From Nitrospirota bacterium (lineage in GTDB: Bacteria; Nitrospirota; Thermodesulfovibrionia; Thermodesulfovibrionales; JdFR-88): a DNA stretch of 64,000 nucleotides. A model generated the notes under the pieces. It made no database searches. It was not told the origin of the DNA and worked only from the letters and a program-made list of their open reading frames with translations. Positions 49,885 to 58,367 of the stretch are shown in pieces. The stretch's first letter is position 1, and every line of letters starts with the position of its first letter. The position numbers and the translations under genes are program-made. Where the stretch lies: assembly GCA_021789935.1 (NCBI GenBank), contig JAJYIR010000006.1:9271-73270 (forward strand), given 5' to 3'.

Positions 49885-50631
49885 TCAAACTCTTTCTTTT
49901 TTCAACCGGACAGGTTCTTCCTGGGTCTCCTCCTCATAGTAGAGAATCCTGTCGCACTGCGGGCACTGGAGGATATCGTTTGTTTCCTTTATCTGGACGC
50001 AAAGCTGAGGCATGATTTTCATGTGGCATCCGCCGCATATCTCATGTCTCACCCGCGCGATGGCAATACCTCCGTGCTTTTCCATCACGGCCATGTAAAG
50101 CTCATAGACGCCGGTTTCGATCTTGGCGGCAAAATCGGCTCTTTTTTGCATAAGGACGGAGAGCTCCTTCCGCGCCTCATCGCTTTCACTTTCCAGCTTT
50201 CCCCTGCCCGCTTCCGCTTTGGCTTCCTCCACTTTTGCGGCCGCTGAAGCAGCCTTCAAATTCCTGTCGGATGCCTCTATTTTTTCCATAAGCCCGAGGA
50301 TGCCGTCCTCGTACCGGAATACTTCTTTCCCGGCCGACTCTATCTCTTTCAGATGGGCCTGGTATTCCTTGTTCGTTTTAATCTCGGATGTCCTGGTCTT
50401 GAGTTTCGCTATCTTCTGGTTCATCTGTTCCAGCTCCGAGTCCATGTCCCTTTTCTGCTTCAGCAGGGAATCGTGCTCCCTGCGGGCGGACTCCAGGCTC
50501 TCACGTGCTCCGCGAAACGCTTTTTCTCCGGCTTGTATTCTTAGAGGGGCCTGTTCTATGAGGGAATTTTTCTCTATTATGACCTTGTCCATCTCTTGCA
50601 GTTCGATCAGAAATTTAACCTGGGCGTTCAA
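49885..50631 (-). CDS. Coiled-coil protein with C-terminal C4 zinc ribbon (COG1579, HP0958/CT398-like)
   Basis: 248 aa with a long heptad-rich region, then CGGCHMKI...CPQCDRILY. Confidence 0.75.
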   Translation of the reverse strand: MNAQVKFLIELQEMDKVIIEKNSLIEQAPLRIQAGEKAFRGARESLESARREHDSLLKQKRDMDSELEQMNQKIAKLKTRTSEIKTNKEYQAHLKEIESAGKEVFRYEDGILGLMEKIEASDRNLKAASAAAKVEEAKAEAGRGKLESESDEARKELSVLMQKRADFAAKIETGVYELYMAVMEKHGGIAIARVRHEICGGCHMKIMPQLCVQIKETNDILQCPQCDRILYYEEETQEEPVRLKKERV

Positions 50632-50717
50632 TGTGGCGCATACCTCCCGTTATATAGGGCCTTGCAAAAACACTAGCAAGTGCCCCCGCACCCTGCGATG
50701 GTTCCGGACATCTTAGA

Positions 50718-50790
50718 TGGGCCCACCAGGACTCGAACCTGGGACCAACCGGTTATGAGCCGGTAGCTCTACCAACTGAGCTATGGGCCC
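50718..50790 (-). tRNA. tRNA with CAT anticodon (elongator Met, or Ile2 if lysidine-modified); CCA not encoded
   Basis: The minus strand reads GGGCCCA TA GCTC AGTTGGTA GAGC T ACCGG CTCATAA CCGGT TGGTC CCAGG TTCGAGT CCTGG TGGGCCC A, a perfect cloverleaf. It lacks the three G:C pairs of an initiator anticodon stem. Confidence 0.9.
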
Positions 50791-50973
50791 TGATCAATTT
50801 TCAGGAACCTTATTTTAAATGCTCAGGTTGCCGGGAGTCAACTTATCCGTTTCCACCCCTAAGTGGGACTTGAGAAAGGTCATGGCCCCGGGCGAAAAAT
50901 GGACAGGGAGGGCAAAACGGGCCGATACAATGAAGATTCCATCGGGAGTGACTCCAAAAAGAAGGCGGAAAAA

Positions 50974-51003
50974 CGGAAGCCGCCAGGGCTGTGGCGGCTT
51001 CCG
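50974..51003 (-). terminator. Intrinsic terminator after rpoD
   Basis: cggaagccgcca (50974-50985) pairs with tggcggcttccg (50992-51003), a 12-bp stem. The A5 run at 50969-50973 gives a U-tract on the minus strand. Confidence 0.75.
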
Positions 51004-51007
51004 TTCC

Positions 51008-52456
51008 TCAAGGTTTCTCCATGAAATCCCTGAGCCATTTGCTTCTGGACGGGTGTCTGAGTTTTCTCAGGGCCTTCACTTCTATCTGCCTTATCCGCTC
51101 CCTTGTTACCGAAAACTCCTTCCCCACCTCTTCCAGGGTGTGGGGGTCATCCCCTATCCCGAACCGCTTTTTTATGATTATCTGCTCTTTGGAGTTGAGC
51201 GACGAAATTATCCTGGATATCTGTTTTTTAAGGTCATCCAGTATCACGTCGTCAAGGGGCGACGGGGCGGCCTTGTCCTCTATGAAATCCCTCAGATGGC
51301 TGTCTTCCTCTTCGCCCACAGGGGTCTCCAGGGATATGGGCTCTTTGGCGACCTTGAGGATGGACTTAACCTTGTCCGCGGGCATCTTCAGCCTTGTGGC
51401 TATCTCTTCGGGCTGAGGCTCCTTTCCGAACTCCTGGACCAGTTCCCTTGAGACCCTCGTAATGCGGTTTATCGTCTCGACCATGTGCACGGGTATCCTG
51501 ATCGTGCGGGACTGGTCAGCCAGGGCGCGCGTGATGGCCTGTCTTATCCACCATGTGGCATAAGTCGAGAACTTGTAGCCCCTCTGGTACTCGAATTTGT
51601 CAACGGCGCGCATGAGCCCTATATTGCCTTCCTGGATCAGGTCCGGGAGGCTAAGGCCCTTGCCCATGTATCTTTTAGCGATACTTATGACCAGCCTCAG
51701 GTTAGACTCTATGAGCTGCCTCTTGAACTCCATCAGCTCCCCTTCGAACTCCTCTATCTGCCGGACCTTTTCCCTTATCTCCGGCGTGCTCATGCTGAAC
51801 GTCTCGGTGAGGTGCTCGATCTCCTTCTTCTCGAATGTGCTTTTCTTTTTTTTGACCCCCTTCTGCTGCTTCAGGGCGCCTTCCAGTTCGATGACCTTTC
51901 CCATGAGCCTTTCAAGTTCGTCAGAAAAAAGTATTATGGTATCTTCCTTGAGATTCAGGCCGTTTATCTTCTGATGCATTTCGGCCTCTATCTTTTCGGA
52001 CGTCTTCGATGTTTTGCCGGTTTCAGCGCTCTTTGCCCTGCTGGAACCAAGCCTGCGGAGGAGCTTTTTCAGGTCCCGGGTAATCTCATAAAATTTCCTT
52101 CTTTCCGCAAGCAGGTCCTCTTCCGCTATGTCCTCGCCGTTTTGTATCAGCTCGGCAAAAGGCGCCTCCCCCTTTTCCACAAGCTCGCCCAGGCTCGCCA
52201 GTTTTCCAATGCAGAAGGGGGTGGAGAAAGTCGCATATGCGAGCTTTTCCCTGGCTAATTCTATCCTTCTGGCTATGGAAACCTCGCCCTCCTTGTTCAG
52301 GAGAGGGACATTGGACATCTCCCTCAAATAAAACTTGATGGGCTCGTATTCGCCCTCGATAGCCTCACTTGTTTCCGTCTTGTGCTCTTCGTCTGTCTCT
52401 ACGGACGTGATCTCAAAAGTCTCTTCCCCAATAAAACTGTCAAATTCGTTGCTCAT
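51008..52456 (-). CDS. rpoD: RNA polymerase sigma factor RpoD (sigma70)
   Basis: 482 aa with region 2 ([18 protein letters not shown]), region 3 and region 4.2 ([19 protein letters not shown]). Confidence 0.95.
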   Translation of the reverse strand: MSNEFDSFIGEETFEITSVETDEEHKTETSEAIEGEYEPIKFYLREMSNVPLLNKEGEVSIARRIELAREKLAYATFSTPFCIGKLASLGELVEKGEAPFAELIQNGEDIAEEDLLAERRKFYEITRDLKKLLRRLGSSRAKSAETGKTSKTSEKIEAEMHQKINGLNLKEDTIILFSDELERLMGKVIELEGALKQQKGVKKKKSTFEKKEIEHLTETFSMSTPEIREKVRQIEEFEGELMEFKRQLIESNLRLVISIAKRYMGKGLSLPDLIQEGNIGLMRAVDKFEYQRGYKFSTYATWWIRQAITRALADQSRTIRIPVHMVETINRITRVSRELVQEFGKEPQPEEIATRLKMPADKVKSILKVAKEPISLETPVGEEEDSHLRDFIEDKAAPSPLDDVILDDLKKQISRIISSLNSKEQIIIKKRFGIGDDPHTLEEVGKEFSVTRERIRQIEVKALRKLRHPSRSKWLRDFMEKP

Positions 52457-54257
52457 CCGTCCGGTCTCCTCCTTTTATGGCCTCTTTGTCCCTGTACAGG
52501 TTCTTCAAAAGGTTCACGTCTCCTTTTTTGCCAGCCTCGGCTATCCTTTTCTCTATGCCGCGCAGGCGTATCTTTCTAACGCATCCGGAAATGGTCCCGT
52601 CCGCCTCTTCAGGCGAAAACCCCGGCTGTATGGACACCCTGGTCAAAAGCGCCACCTCCTCCGGGGAAAATTCCCCGGCCTCCGCGCCTGAAAATTTCAG
52701 CAAAAACTCTTCGGTGCCATTTGTTCTGCCGCCGAGCTTCTGTATGAGGGCCTTTACAAGCGGGTCCACCATCTCATCAAGCGCCTCCGCTTCCTCTATT
52801 ATCCTCGTCCTTTTTTCAGGGGCGTTCACAAACACGCTTAAAAGCAGCGTTTCCTCCGTAAGCCCGAACATCTTCCGCTTGCCGGAGGAAACGTTATTCG
52901 CGCCGGAGGCCCTCCCGGCGGCCTCTCCACCCGCGTGATGATTGCCTGCCTGCCGCCCCATTTCCTTCCTTATGACCTGCTCCCTTATCTTTCCGGCTTC
53001 CGCAAGCTCCCGTATGAACTCCTCCCGGACTATGGCATCCTGCACCCGTTGCAGCAGCCCCATTGCCTCCTTTATGACATCCACCCGCGGGCCTTTCGCC
53101 GTTTTCAATATGAACCCCACAGGCCCCAATGAGGCGCCAAGGGCCTTTTTAAAAACCACAGGGCCCTTGCTCCTTAAAAGGCTGTCCGGGTCTTCGCCTG
53201 AGGGCAAAAGCGCTACCTTTACCCGAAAATCCTGTTCGAGAGCCAGCGCGATGGACCTGTTGGCCGCACCGATTCCAGCCGCGTCTCCGTCAAAAACCAG
53301 GACAAGCCGGTTCGTGTATCTCTTCAGTTTTCTTAAATGGGCCTGGGTCAGGGCAGTCCCAAGCGGGGCCGCCACGTTCTCAAAACCGTACTGGCGGCAC
53401 ATGATAACATCCAGATAGCCCTCGCAAAGGATCAGGTATTCTTTTTTCCGGACAGCCTCCCGGGCCAGGTCAAACCCGTAAAGGGTCTCGCCTTTTTTAA
53501 AAAGCGGGGAATCCGCCGTATTCAGGTATTTTGGGGCTGAATCCCCGGCTTTAATATTTTCCGGACCGTGGCCCTTGGCTCCGGTATCCATAACCCGCCC
53601 TCCAAAGGCAATCACCGCCCCGTCAGCGCCCTTTATCGGGAATATGACCCTGTCTCTAAGCATGTCAAAGAGTTTTTTGGGGCCGTTTTGCCCTCTCCTG
53701 GCAATGCCTGAGGAAAAAACCAGGTCCTCGCTGAAACCAAGCCTGCCTAAGTGGGCAGAAAGCTGTCCCCAGCCGGAGGGCGCATAGCCAACGGCGAACC
53801 TGTTTATACTTTCCCCGGAAACGCCCCTTTTCTCAAGATATTGCCGCGCCGCATCGGAGCCTTCCAGGCCCTTGGAATAAAAATCCATGGCCTCCTTCAA
53901 GACCGCGGCAATTTGTCTCTTTAGCCCGGACGCACCGTTTCCAGCCGCCGTACCATTACGGAAAGTCAGGAAATCGTCTGCGTCCAGCCCGGCCTTTTCA
54001 GCCATCAGCCTGACCGCCTCTGAAAACCCCAGAGACTCGTATTTCATGACGAACCCCAGGGCATCGCCTCCCGCGCCGCATCCAAAACAGTGGAACACCT
54101 GCTTTTCCGGACTTACAGTGAAAGAAGGAGTTTTTTCATTGTGAAAGGGGCAGAGAGCCATATAGTTGCGGCCCGCACGTTTTAAGGTTATATAACCGGA
54201 TAAGACATCTACTATGTCGAGCCTGGATTTAAGTCTTTCGATAACGTCGCGTGACAT
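52440..54257 (-). CDS. dnaG: DNA primase
   Basis: 605 aa with zinc finger [29 protein letters not shown] and a TOPRIM domain ([16 protein letters not shown]). Confidence 0.93.
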   Translation of the reverse strand: MSRDVIERLKSRLDIVDVLSGYITLKRAGRNYMALCPFHNEKTPSFTVSPEKQVFHCFGCGAGGDALGFVMKYESLGFSEAVRLMAEKAGLDADDFLTFRNGTAAGNGASGLKRQIAAVLKEAMDFYSKGLEGSDAARQYLEKRGVSGESINRFAVGYAPSGWGQLSAHLGRLGFSEDLVFSSGIARRGQNGPKKLFDMLRDRVIFPIKGADGAVIAFGGRVMDTGAKGHGPENIKAGDSAPKYLNTADSPLFKKGETLYGFDLAREAVRKKEYLILCEGYLDVIMCRQYGFENVAAPLGTALTQAHLRKLKRYTNRLVLVFDGDAAGIGAANRSIALALEQDFRVKVALLPSGEDPDSLLRSKGPVVFKKALGASLGPVGFILKTAKGPRVDVIKEAMGLLQRVQDAIVREEFIRELAEAGKIREQVIRKEMGRQAGNHHAGGEAAGRASGANNVSSGKRKMFGLTEETLLLSVFVNAPEKRTRIIEEAEALDEMVDPLVKALIQKLGGRTNGTEEFLLKFSGAEAGEFSPEEVALLTRVSIQPGFSPEEADGTISGCVRKIRLRGIEKRIAEAGKKGDVNLLKNLYRDKEAIKGGDRTDEQRI

Positions 54258-54345
54258 CTATAAATTATAGTTGAACTTTTAAAAAATAAAAGGGGCCTGT
54301 CCGACTATTGGAACTATAAAGGAAAGCTATGCGAAAAAAACTTCT

Positions 54346-55317
54346 CTATTTGGCCCGGGAGATCCTTTTAAAACCGGAACATTCGATTATTTCCAGGCCC
54401 CCATCACCGGTTTCCCCGCGTGTTATCCCGTCAAACAGGAGGTTTACCCCCAGGTTGTCGCTTGCTATGTGCCCGGCGATGACGACATTTATGTGGTTTT
54501 TTTCGGCCTCCTTGCGGTGCTCTTCACTTAAATGCATGCCCACTATCGTGCCGATGCCGCTTGAGGCCATCCCCTGGAATATGTCCTTGGAGCCTTCAGT
54601 CCCGCCTGTCATGTCTACGTAAATACGGCCCGTTTTCCTTTTTGGGGATCCTATGAGTATGTTGGGGCCGGCCCCGTTCAGAAGCCCCTCTTTGTATTCC
54701 GGCACCGCCTTAAGAATATCCATGACGTCTGAAAGGGTGGCCGGTTCTTTCTCCTCGAACAGCCTTTCCAGGTAGGAGCTGACCATATTGTCAGCAACCG
54801 TATGGAAGCAGGCAAACGGTATGCCAAGCAGCCTTGCGGAATCGGAGGCGCGGGTATGGTTTACCGGCATGAGCCTCCGTTGCACCTCCTTTACCCGTCC
54901 GTCCATGAGGTCTTCCGCAATATTTATGGGAACGCCGGCCCTGCCAAGGATATCCGATTGCATGCCCATTACCTGGTAAAGATTTGCATAGGCCCTGCCC
55001 TCGGGATGATGGGCCACAACTGCATCCACCCGCCTTCCCCTGGCCTTAAGGGCGTCAACAAGAAGTATTTCAGGGGTCTCGATATCTATGCCCACGATGA
55101 CCGTATGGACTTCCTCTTCCCCGGTCCCGGAGAGTATCCTCGTGTCAGCATAGGGGTTTAAAAGAGACTCCATGTCAAAATACGCCCTGTCCTCTTCTTT
55201 CAGGGCATCGTACTCTTTTTTCCTGGCGGCAAGGGCCATGGAAACAGCCTCTTCACCCCGGGGGTCGTTTTCCATACCTTCGGCAACGGCTTTACTGTAT
55301 ATGTCTTTCAGCTTCAT
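54346..55317 (-). CDS. NIF3 (DUF34)-like dinuclear-metal protein
   Basis: 323 aa with VVAHHPEG and C-terminal AGHIASD motifs resembling NIF3-family metal ligands. Position near dnaG/rpoD matches the yqfO arrangement in Firmicutes. Assignment is by pattern only. Confidence 0.55.
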   Translation of the reverse strand: MKLKDIYSKAVAEGMENDPRGEEAVSMALAARKKEYDALKEEDRAYFDMESLLNPYADTRILSGTGEEEVHTVIVGIDIETPEILLVDALKARGRRVDAVVAHHPEGRAYANLYQVMGMQSDILGRAGVPINIAEDLMDGRVKEVQRRLMPVNHTRASDSARLLGIPFACFHTVADNMVSSYLERLFEEKEPATLSDVMDILKAVPEYKEGLLNGAGPNILIGSPKRKTGRIYVDMTGGTEGSKDIFQGMASSGIGTIVGMHLSEEHRKEAEKNHINVVIAGHIASDNLGVNLLFDGITRGETGDGGLEIIECSGFKRISRAK

Positions 55318-55424
55318 TTGGCTTCCTTTTTCAGTCCCAATGGGTACCGGATGCAGGGATTATTGATATTTATTCAGATCCGCCCCGCTATTGGTTCTTG
55401 GCTCGTTATCCTTTTTGGCCCGCT

Positions 55425-55874
55425 CTATCCCTTCCTGGATAGAGCGGCCTTTACCTTCTCGCCCACCAGTTTGCCGTCCGCCCCTTTTACTTTAGGCATG
55501 AGGAGGCGCATGACCTTGCCCATATCCTGGGGGCCGCTTGCCCCGCTGTCGCTGATAGACTGGGCGACAAGGCGGTCGAGCTCCTCCGGTGCAATCTCCG
55601 GGGGCATGTAGCCCTTCAGGACCCGGAGCTCGGCTTCCTCTTTTTGGGCGAGGTCTTCCCTGCCGCCTTTCCTGAACTGCTCGATCGAATCCCTGCGCTG
55701 CTTGAAAAGGGTGGAGAGCACCGCTATGGCGTCGTCATCCGAAAGAGGTCCGCCCTTTTCGATCTGCCTGTATTTGAGGGCAGACTTCGCCATCCTCAGG
55801 GTCTCAAGCGTGAGCTTATCGGACGCCTTCATGGCTGCCTTCAAATCGCTGTCTATCTTCTCTGTCAGAAACAT
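55425..55874 (-). CDS. GatB/YqeY domain protein
   Basis: 149 aa. The sequence (LKAAMKASDKLTLETLRMAKSALKY...) is typical of YqeY. Adjacent to rpsU. Confidence 0.85.
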   Translation of the reverse strand: MFLTEKIDSDLKAAMKASDKLTLETLRMAKSALKYRQIEKGGPLSDDDAIAVLSTLFKQRRDSIEQFRKGGREDLAQKEEAELRVLKGYMPPEIAPEELDRLVAQSISDSGASGPQDMGKVMRLLMPKVKGADGKLVGEKVKAALSRKG

Positions 55875-55904
55875 GCTATCCCTTCCTGAAAATAAAATAA
55901 AAAA

Positions 55905-56099
55905 TTATCTGGAAGGCCGTTGTTTTTTTGAGGCTTTCTTCCGGGCCGCGATGGCCTTTTTCTTCTTCTTTACACTAGGCTTGTCATAGAACTCGCGCTT
56001 TTTGACCTCGGAAATGATTCCTTCACGGTCACACTGCTTTTTGAACTTCTTGAGCGCGTTTTCAAGAGACTCCCCGTCGCCCACCCTTATGAAGGGCAT
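55905..56099 (-). CDS. rpsU: 30S ribosomal protein S21
   Basis: I moved the start to Met8 ([23 protein letters not shown]), SD aaaggag. Basic C-terminus. Confidence 0.93.
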   Translation of the reverse strand: MPFIRVGDGESLENALKKFKKQCDREGIISEVKKREFYDKPSVKKKKKAIAARKKASKKQRPSR

Positions 56100-56169
56100 G
56101 CCGTCATCAACTCCTTTCAACCCGTTGGAATGACATATAATTTATCAGTTAATAGGGAACCCAGTCAAG

Positions 56170-56186
56170 ACAATGGATAGCGAGCG
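56170..56186 (+). repeat. Copy 3 of dispersed 17-nt motif (ACAATGGATAGCGAGCG)
   Basis: One mismatch to copy 1. On the minus strand it sits immediately upstream of TTGACT (56168-56163), a -35-like box for rpsU. A 7-bp hairpin gcgtgccc-cgaa-gggcgcg follows on the plus strand. Confidence 0.7.
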
Positions 56187-56280
56187 TGCCCCGAAGGGCG
56201 CGATAAATCGAAAAATCATTGCGATCATCCCCAAGGGGCCTGACAGATTGAGCTATAAGCCTTTTTTATAGTTTTTTTTA

Positions 56281-56309
56281 TTGACAAGGGGCGGGGCAAC
56301 TGTTATACA
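56281..56309 (+). promoter_or_regulatory. Putative sigma70 promoter of the dsrH-dsrE-dsrF-tusA-like operon
   Basis: TTGACA (56281-56286), 17-nt spacer, TATACA (56304-56309). This implies a leader of about 185 nt before ATG 56501. Confidence 0.5.
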
Positions 56310-56500
56310 GTTATACTTTATCCTTCTTGAAACGGGCTTATCAGGGCAGTGCCTGCCGGTTAGTTTATTTGGGGGGCCCGAACCGCTTCAAGCGGATAAT
56401 GTTGTGGAATATTCCCTATTGTTGTACCGGCTTTCCGGCGGCCTGACTGCCGGGAGGAAAGAGCAAAATCCCTGACGTTTTGAAATGGAGGTGTGTCTGG

Positions 56501-56797
56501 ATGAAACTGGGCGTTTTTGTCAGCGATTATAAGGTTACGGTCGAAACCCTGGATAGGATGAAGGGGGAAAATCTGGGCATTGTTCTTGTCCAAAACGGAG
56601 TTTATCATGCGGTGCTCAAGGAAGGCGGCAAGGAGTCTGCCCTTCTTGGCAAGACCCCGAGGCTTTATGCCCTTTCGGAGGACTTGCAGACCAGGGGGCT
56701 TTCTCCGGAGCAGGTGGACAAACGGGTTAAGATAGTGGATTACAGCGGACTGGTTGACGTCATCTTTAACGATTTTGAAAAAGTAGCCTGGCTCTAG
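56501..56797 (+). CDS. DsrH/TusB-like sulfur relay protein
   Basis: Start ATG 56501 (MKLGVFV) with SD ggagg 8 nt upstream. 98 aa with the family pattern LVQNGVY...LYALSEDLQTRGL...VDYSGLVDV...AWL. No Cys residues. Confidence 0.7.
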   Translation: MKLGVFVSDYKVTVETLDRMKGENLGIVLVQNGVYHAVLKEGGKESALLGKTPRLYALSEDLQTRGLSPEQVDKRVKIVDYSGLVDVIFNDFEKVAWL

Positions 56798-56809
56798 GAG
56801 GACATAAAG

Positions 56810-57169
56810 ATGGGAGTTCTGACAATGGGGGTTTTCCCCGGCCTTGTGGGCTCGGGGTGTTATGACTTTGCGTTAAAACTTGCCGGTGCGGCGGCCGACA
56901 AGGGGCACGTTGTGAACATCTGGTTTTCGGGCAACGCCACCGTTTCCGTGAAAGCCCACCAGAAGCATTTAAAGGACTATTCGACGGGCGAGAAATATCT
57001 TGTCGAGCTCATGGAAAAGGGCGTAGAGGTGTGCACCTGCGAGGCCTGCACCGTGTCCAGGGGCATCCAGAAGACCGAAAGCATAGCGAAAATCCAGTGG
57101 AATGCTATGCACTGGTACCTGTCCAAGATCCACTGTTCGGACAGGGTCCTGCAAATAGGAGGTGAGTAA
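56810..57169 (+). CDS. DsrE/TusD-like sulfur relay protein
   Basis: 119 aa. Contains ...FALKLAGAAADKGHVVN... and VCTCEACTVSRGI, which aligns with the DsrE active-site Cys region (VVCVAAAQRRGI). SD aggagg. Confidence 0.75.
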   Translation: MGVLTMGVFPGLVGSGCYDFALKLAGAAADKGHVVNIWFSGNATVSVKAHQKHLKDYSTGEKYLVELMEKGVEVCTCEACTVSRGIQKTESIAKIQWNAMHWYLSKIHCSDRVLQIGGE

Positions 57170-57171
57170 AA

Positions 57172-57582
57172 ATGGCAGACGTCAAATGCGCATTCATAGT
57201 CCAGAGACCGCAGTATAAGGGGGAAACTTCAAGGCTTGCCCTGACGCATGCCCTCTCCTATCAGACCGTCGAGGTGCTCCTGGAGGACGGGGACACGGTA
57301 ACCCCTTCTCTCTGCTTTGTCGGCGAGGGGCTGCTTGGCATATCCAAGGGACAAAATGCGATGGCTCCTTACGGCATCAACTCCAGCGAGATGCACGCGA
57401 AGAACTGTCTCCTGGTAGACCTTGACGTATATGTATGCAAGGAAGACATGGAGAGGTTTGGCATAACGGAAAACCAGCTGCCGGATGCCGATGATATGGG
57501 GGCGGAAAAAAAGATCAACATCGTTCCGTTTGCCCAGATAGAAAAAATAATGGAAGAGGCGAAGCACGTACTCTTCTTTTAG
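57172..57582 (+). CDS. DsrF/TusC-like sulfur relay protein
   Basis: 136 aa with a DsrF-like pattern (VYVCKEDMERFGITENQL ... EEAKHVLFF C-terminus). Lies 2 nt after the dsrE-like stop. Confidence 0.7.
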   Translation: MADVKCAFIVQRPQYKGETSRLALTHALSYQTVEVLLEDGDTVTPSLCFVGEGLLGISKGQNAMAPYGINSSEMHAKNCLLVDLDVYVCKEDMERFGITENQLPDADDMGAEKKINIVPFAQIEKIMEEAKHVLFF

Positions 57583-57620
57583 ACGCGGATCCTCATAAAA
57601 ACGAAAGGAGGAAATTTTAC

Positions 57621-57872
57621 ATGGGCGAGCTAAGCAGCACTGCACCGACAGAGGTACTGGACACGCTGGGAAGGGTGTGCCCCTACCCCCTGGTCCTGAC
57701 TAAAAAGGCGATAGAGAAGCTCAAGGGGGGCGACATAATAAAAGTCCTCTGCGACGCGCCGGCTTCCGCCGAGGACACGATACCCAGGTGGGCCGAGAAG
57801 CTGGGTTACGGGTTCGAGTCCAAAAAGCTGGAAGACAAGGGCTATTGGGAGCTCTACATACAGAAAAAATAG
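57621..57872 (+). CDS. tusA: Sulfurtransferase TusA family protein
   Basis: 83 aa with LDTLGRVCPYPLVLTKKAI, carrying the conserved CPxP persulfide-carrier motif. SD aaaggagg. Confidence 0.88.
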   Translation: MGELSSTAPTEVLDTLGRVCPYPLVLTKKAIEKLKGGDIIKVLCDAPASAEDTIPRWAEKLGYGFESKKLEDKGYWELYIQKK

Positions 57873-57904
57873 GGAATGTCCCGGTAGCGGCAACGATTAA
57901 TAAA

Positions 57905-57945
57905 AATAAAAAAGGGGAAACCTGGTTGGTTTCCCCTTTTTTATT
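57905..57945. terminator. Bidirectional intrinsic terminator between tusA and the ferredoxin gene
   Basis: ggggaaacc (57914-57922) pairs with ggtttcccc (57928-57936), flanked by an A-run (57905-57913) and a T-run (57937-57942). Confidence 0.85.
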
Positions 57946-57961
57946 TTTATTTTTCTCTGCC

Positions 57962-58156
57962 TTACATCTCGGAAATGGTAATAGCCTGAGTGGGGCAAAC
58001 GCCTATGCAGCTTTCGCAGAAGACGCACTCGGCACTCTGGTGCGGGTCCGATTTCCCGTCAGCCATCTTGAAGACCTCATTGGGGCATATGCTTACGCAC
58101 TCCTCGCAACCCTCGCACTTCGCATTATCAACAGATACCGTATACATATCACTCAC
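57962..58156 (-). CDS. 2x[4Fe-4S] ferredoxin (clostridial type)
   Basis: 64 aa with two CxxCxxCxxxCP motifs (CEGCEECVSICP and CVFCESCIGVCP). SD aaggagg. No signal peptide. Confidence 0.88.
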   Translation of the reverse strand: MSDMYTVSVDNAKCEGCEECVSICPNEVFKMADGKSDPHQSAECVFCESCIGVCPTQAITISEM

Positions 58157-58288
58157 CTCCTTGGATTTTTACTTTTCAAAAAAAGTTTTTAAGTTAATTT
58201 TCGAAACGATGATTTCCTGGCTCGTACCAGAGAAAACATGCCCAAATATATTATCCGCAAATGGACTTTTTTTGCAAACGCCGCCGCT

Positions 58289-58329
58289 AAAAAAAAGACG
58301 TCCGGGCCGGAAAACAAAAGGTGGCCCGG
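58289..58329 (-). terminator. Probable intrinsic terminator after dsrJ
   Basis: On the minus strand: ccgggcc (58329-58323), 14-nt loop, ggcccgg (58308-58302), then acgtc and a T8 run (58296-58289). Confidence 0.5.
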
Positions 58330-58367
58330 GAACCAGCCGCAGGTCCCCGGGCCGCCGCAATCCAGAC

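Noticed and set aside
56173-56271. A 32-codon sORF starting at the ATG inside the repeated motif (MDSERAPKG...)
   Set aside because: The same ATG in the 5380 copy opens only an 8-codon frame. The copy at 1554 opens into an antisense frame of rpsP. So the motif is conserved as nucleotide sequence, not as a coding start, and there is no SD.
56427-56475. An SRP (4.5S) RNA-like element, gccgggaggaaagagca, in the dsrH leader
   Set aside because: The resemblance to the CCGGAAGGAAGCAGCC helix-8 motif is only superficial. The 5' half cannot form the conserved symmetric or asymmetric loops, and ccggc/gccgg pairs more stably as a simple hairpin.
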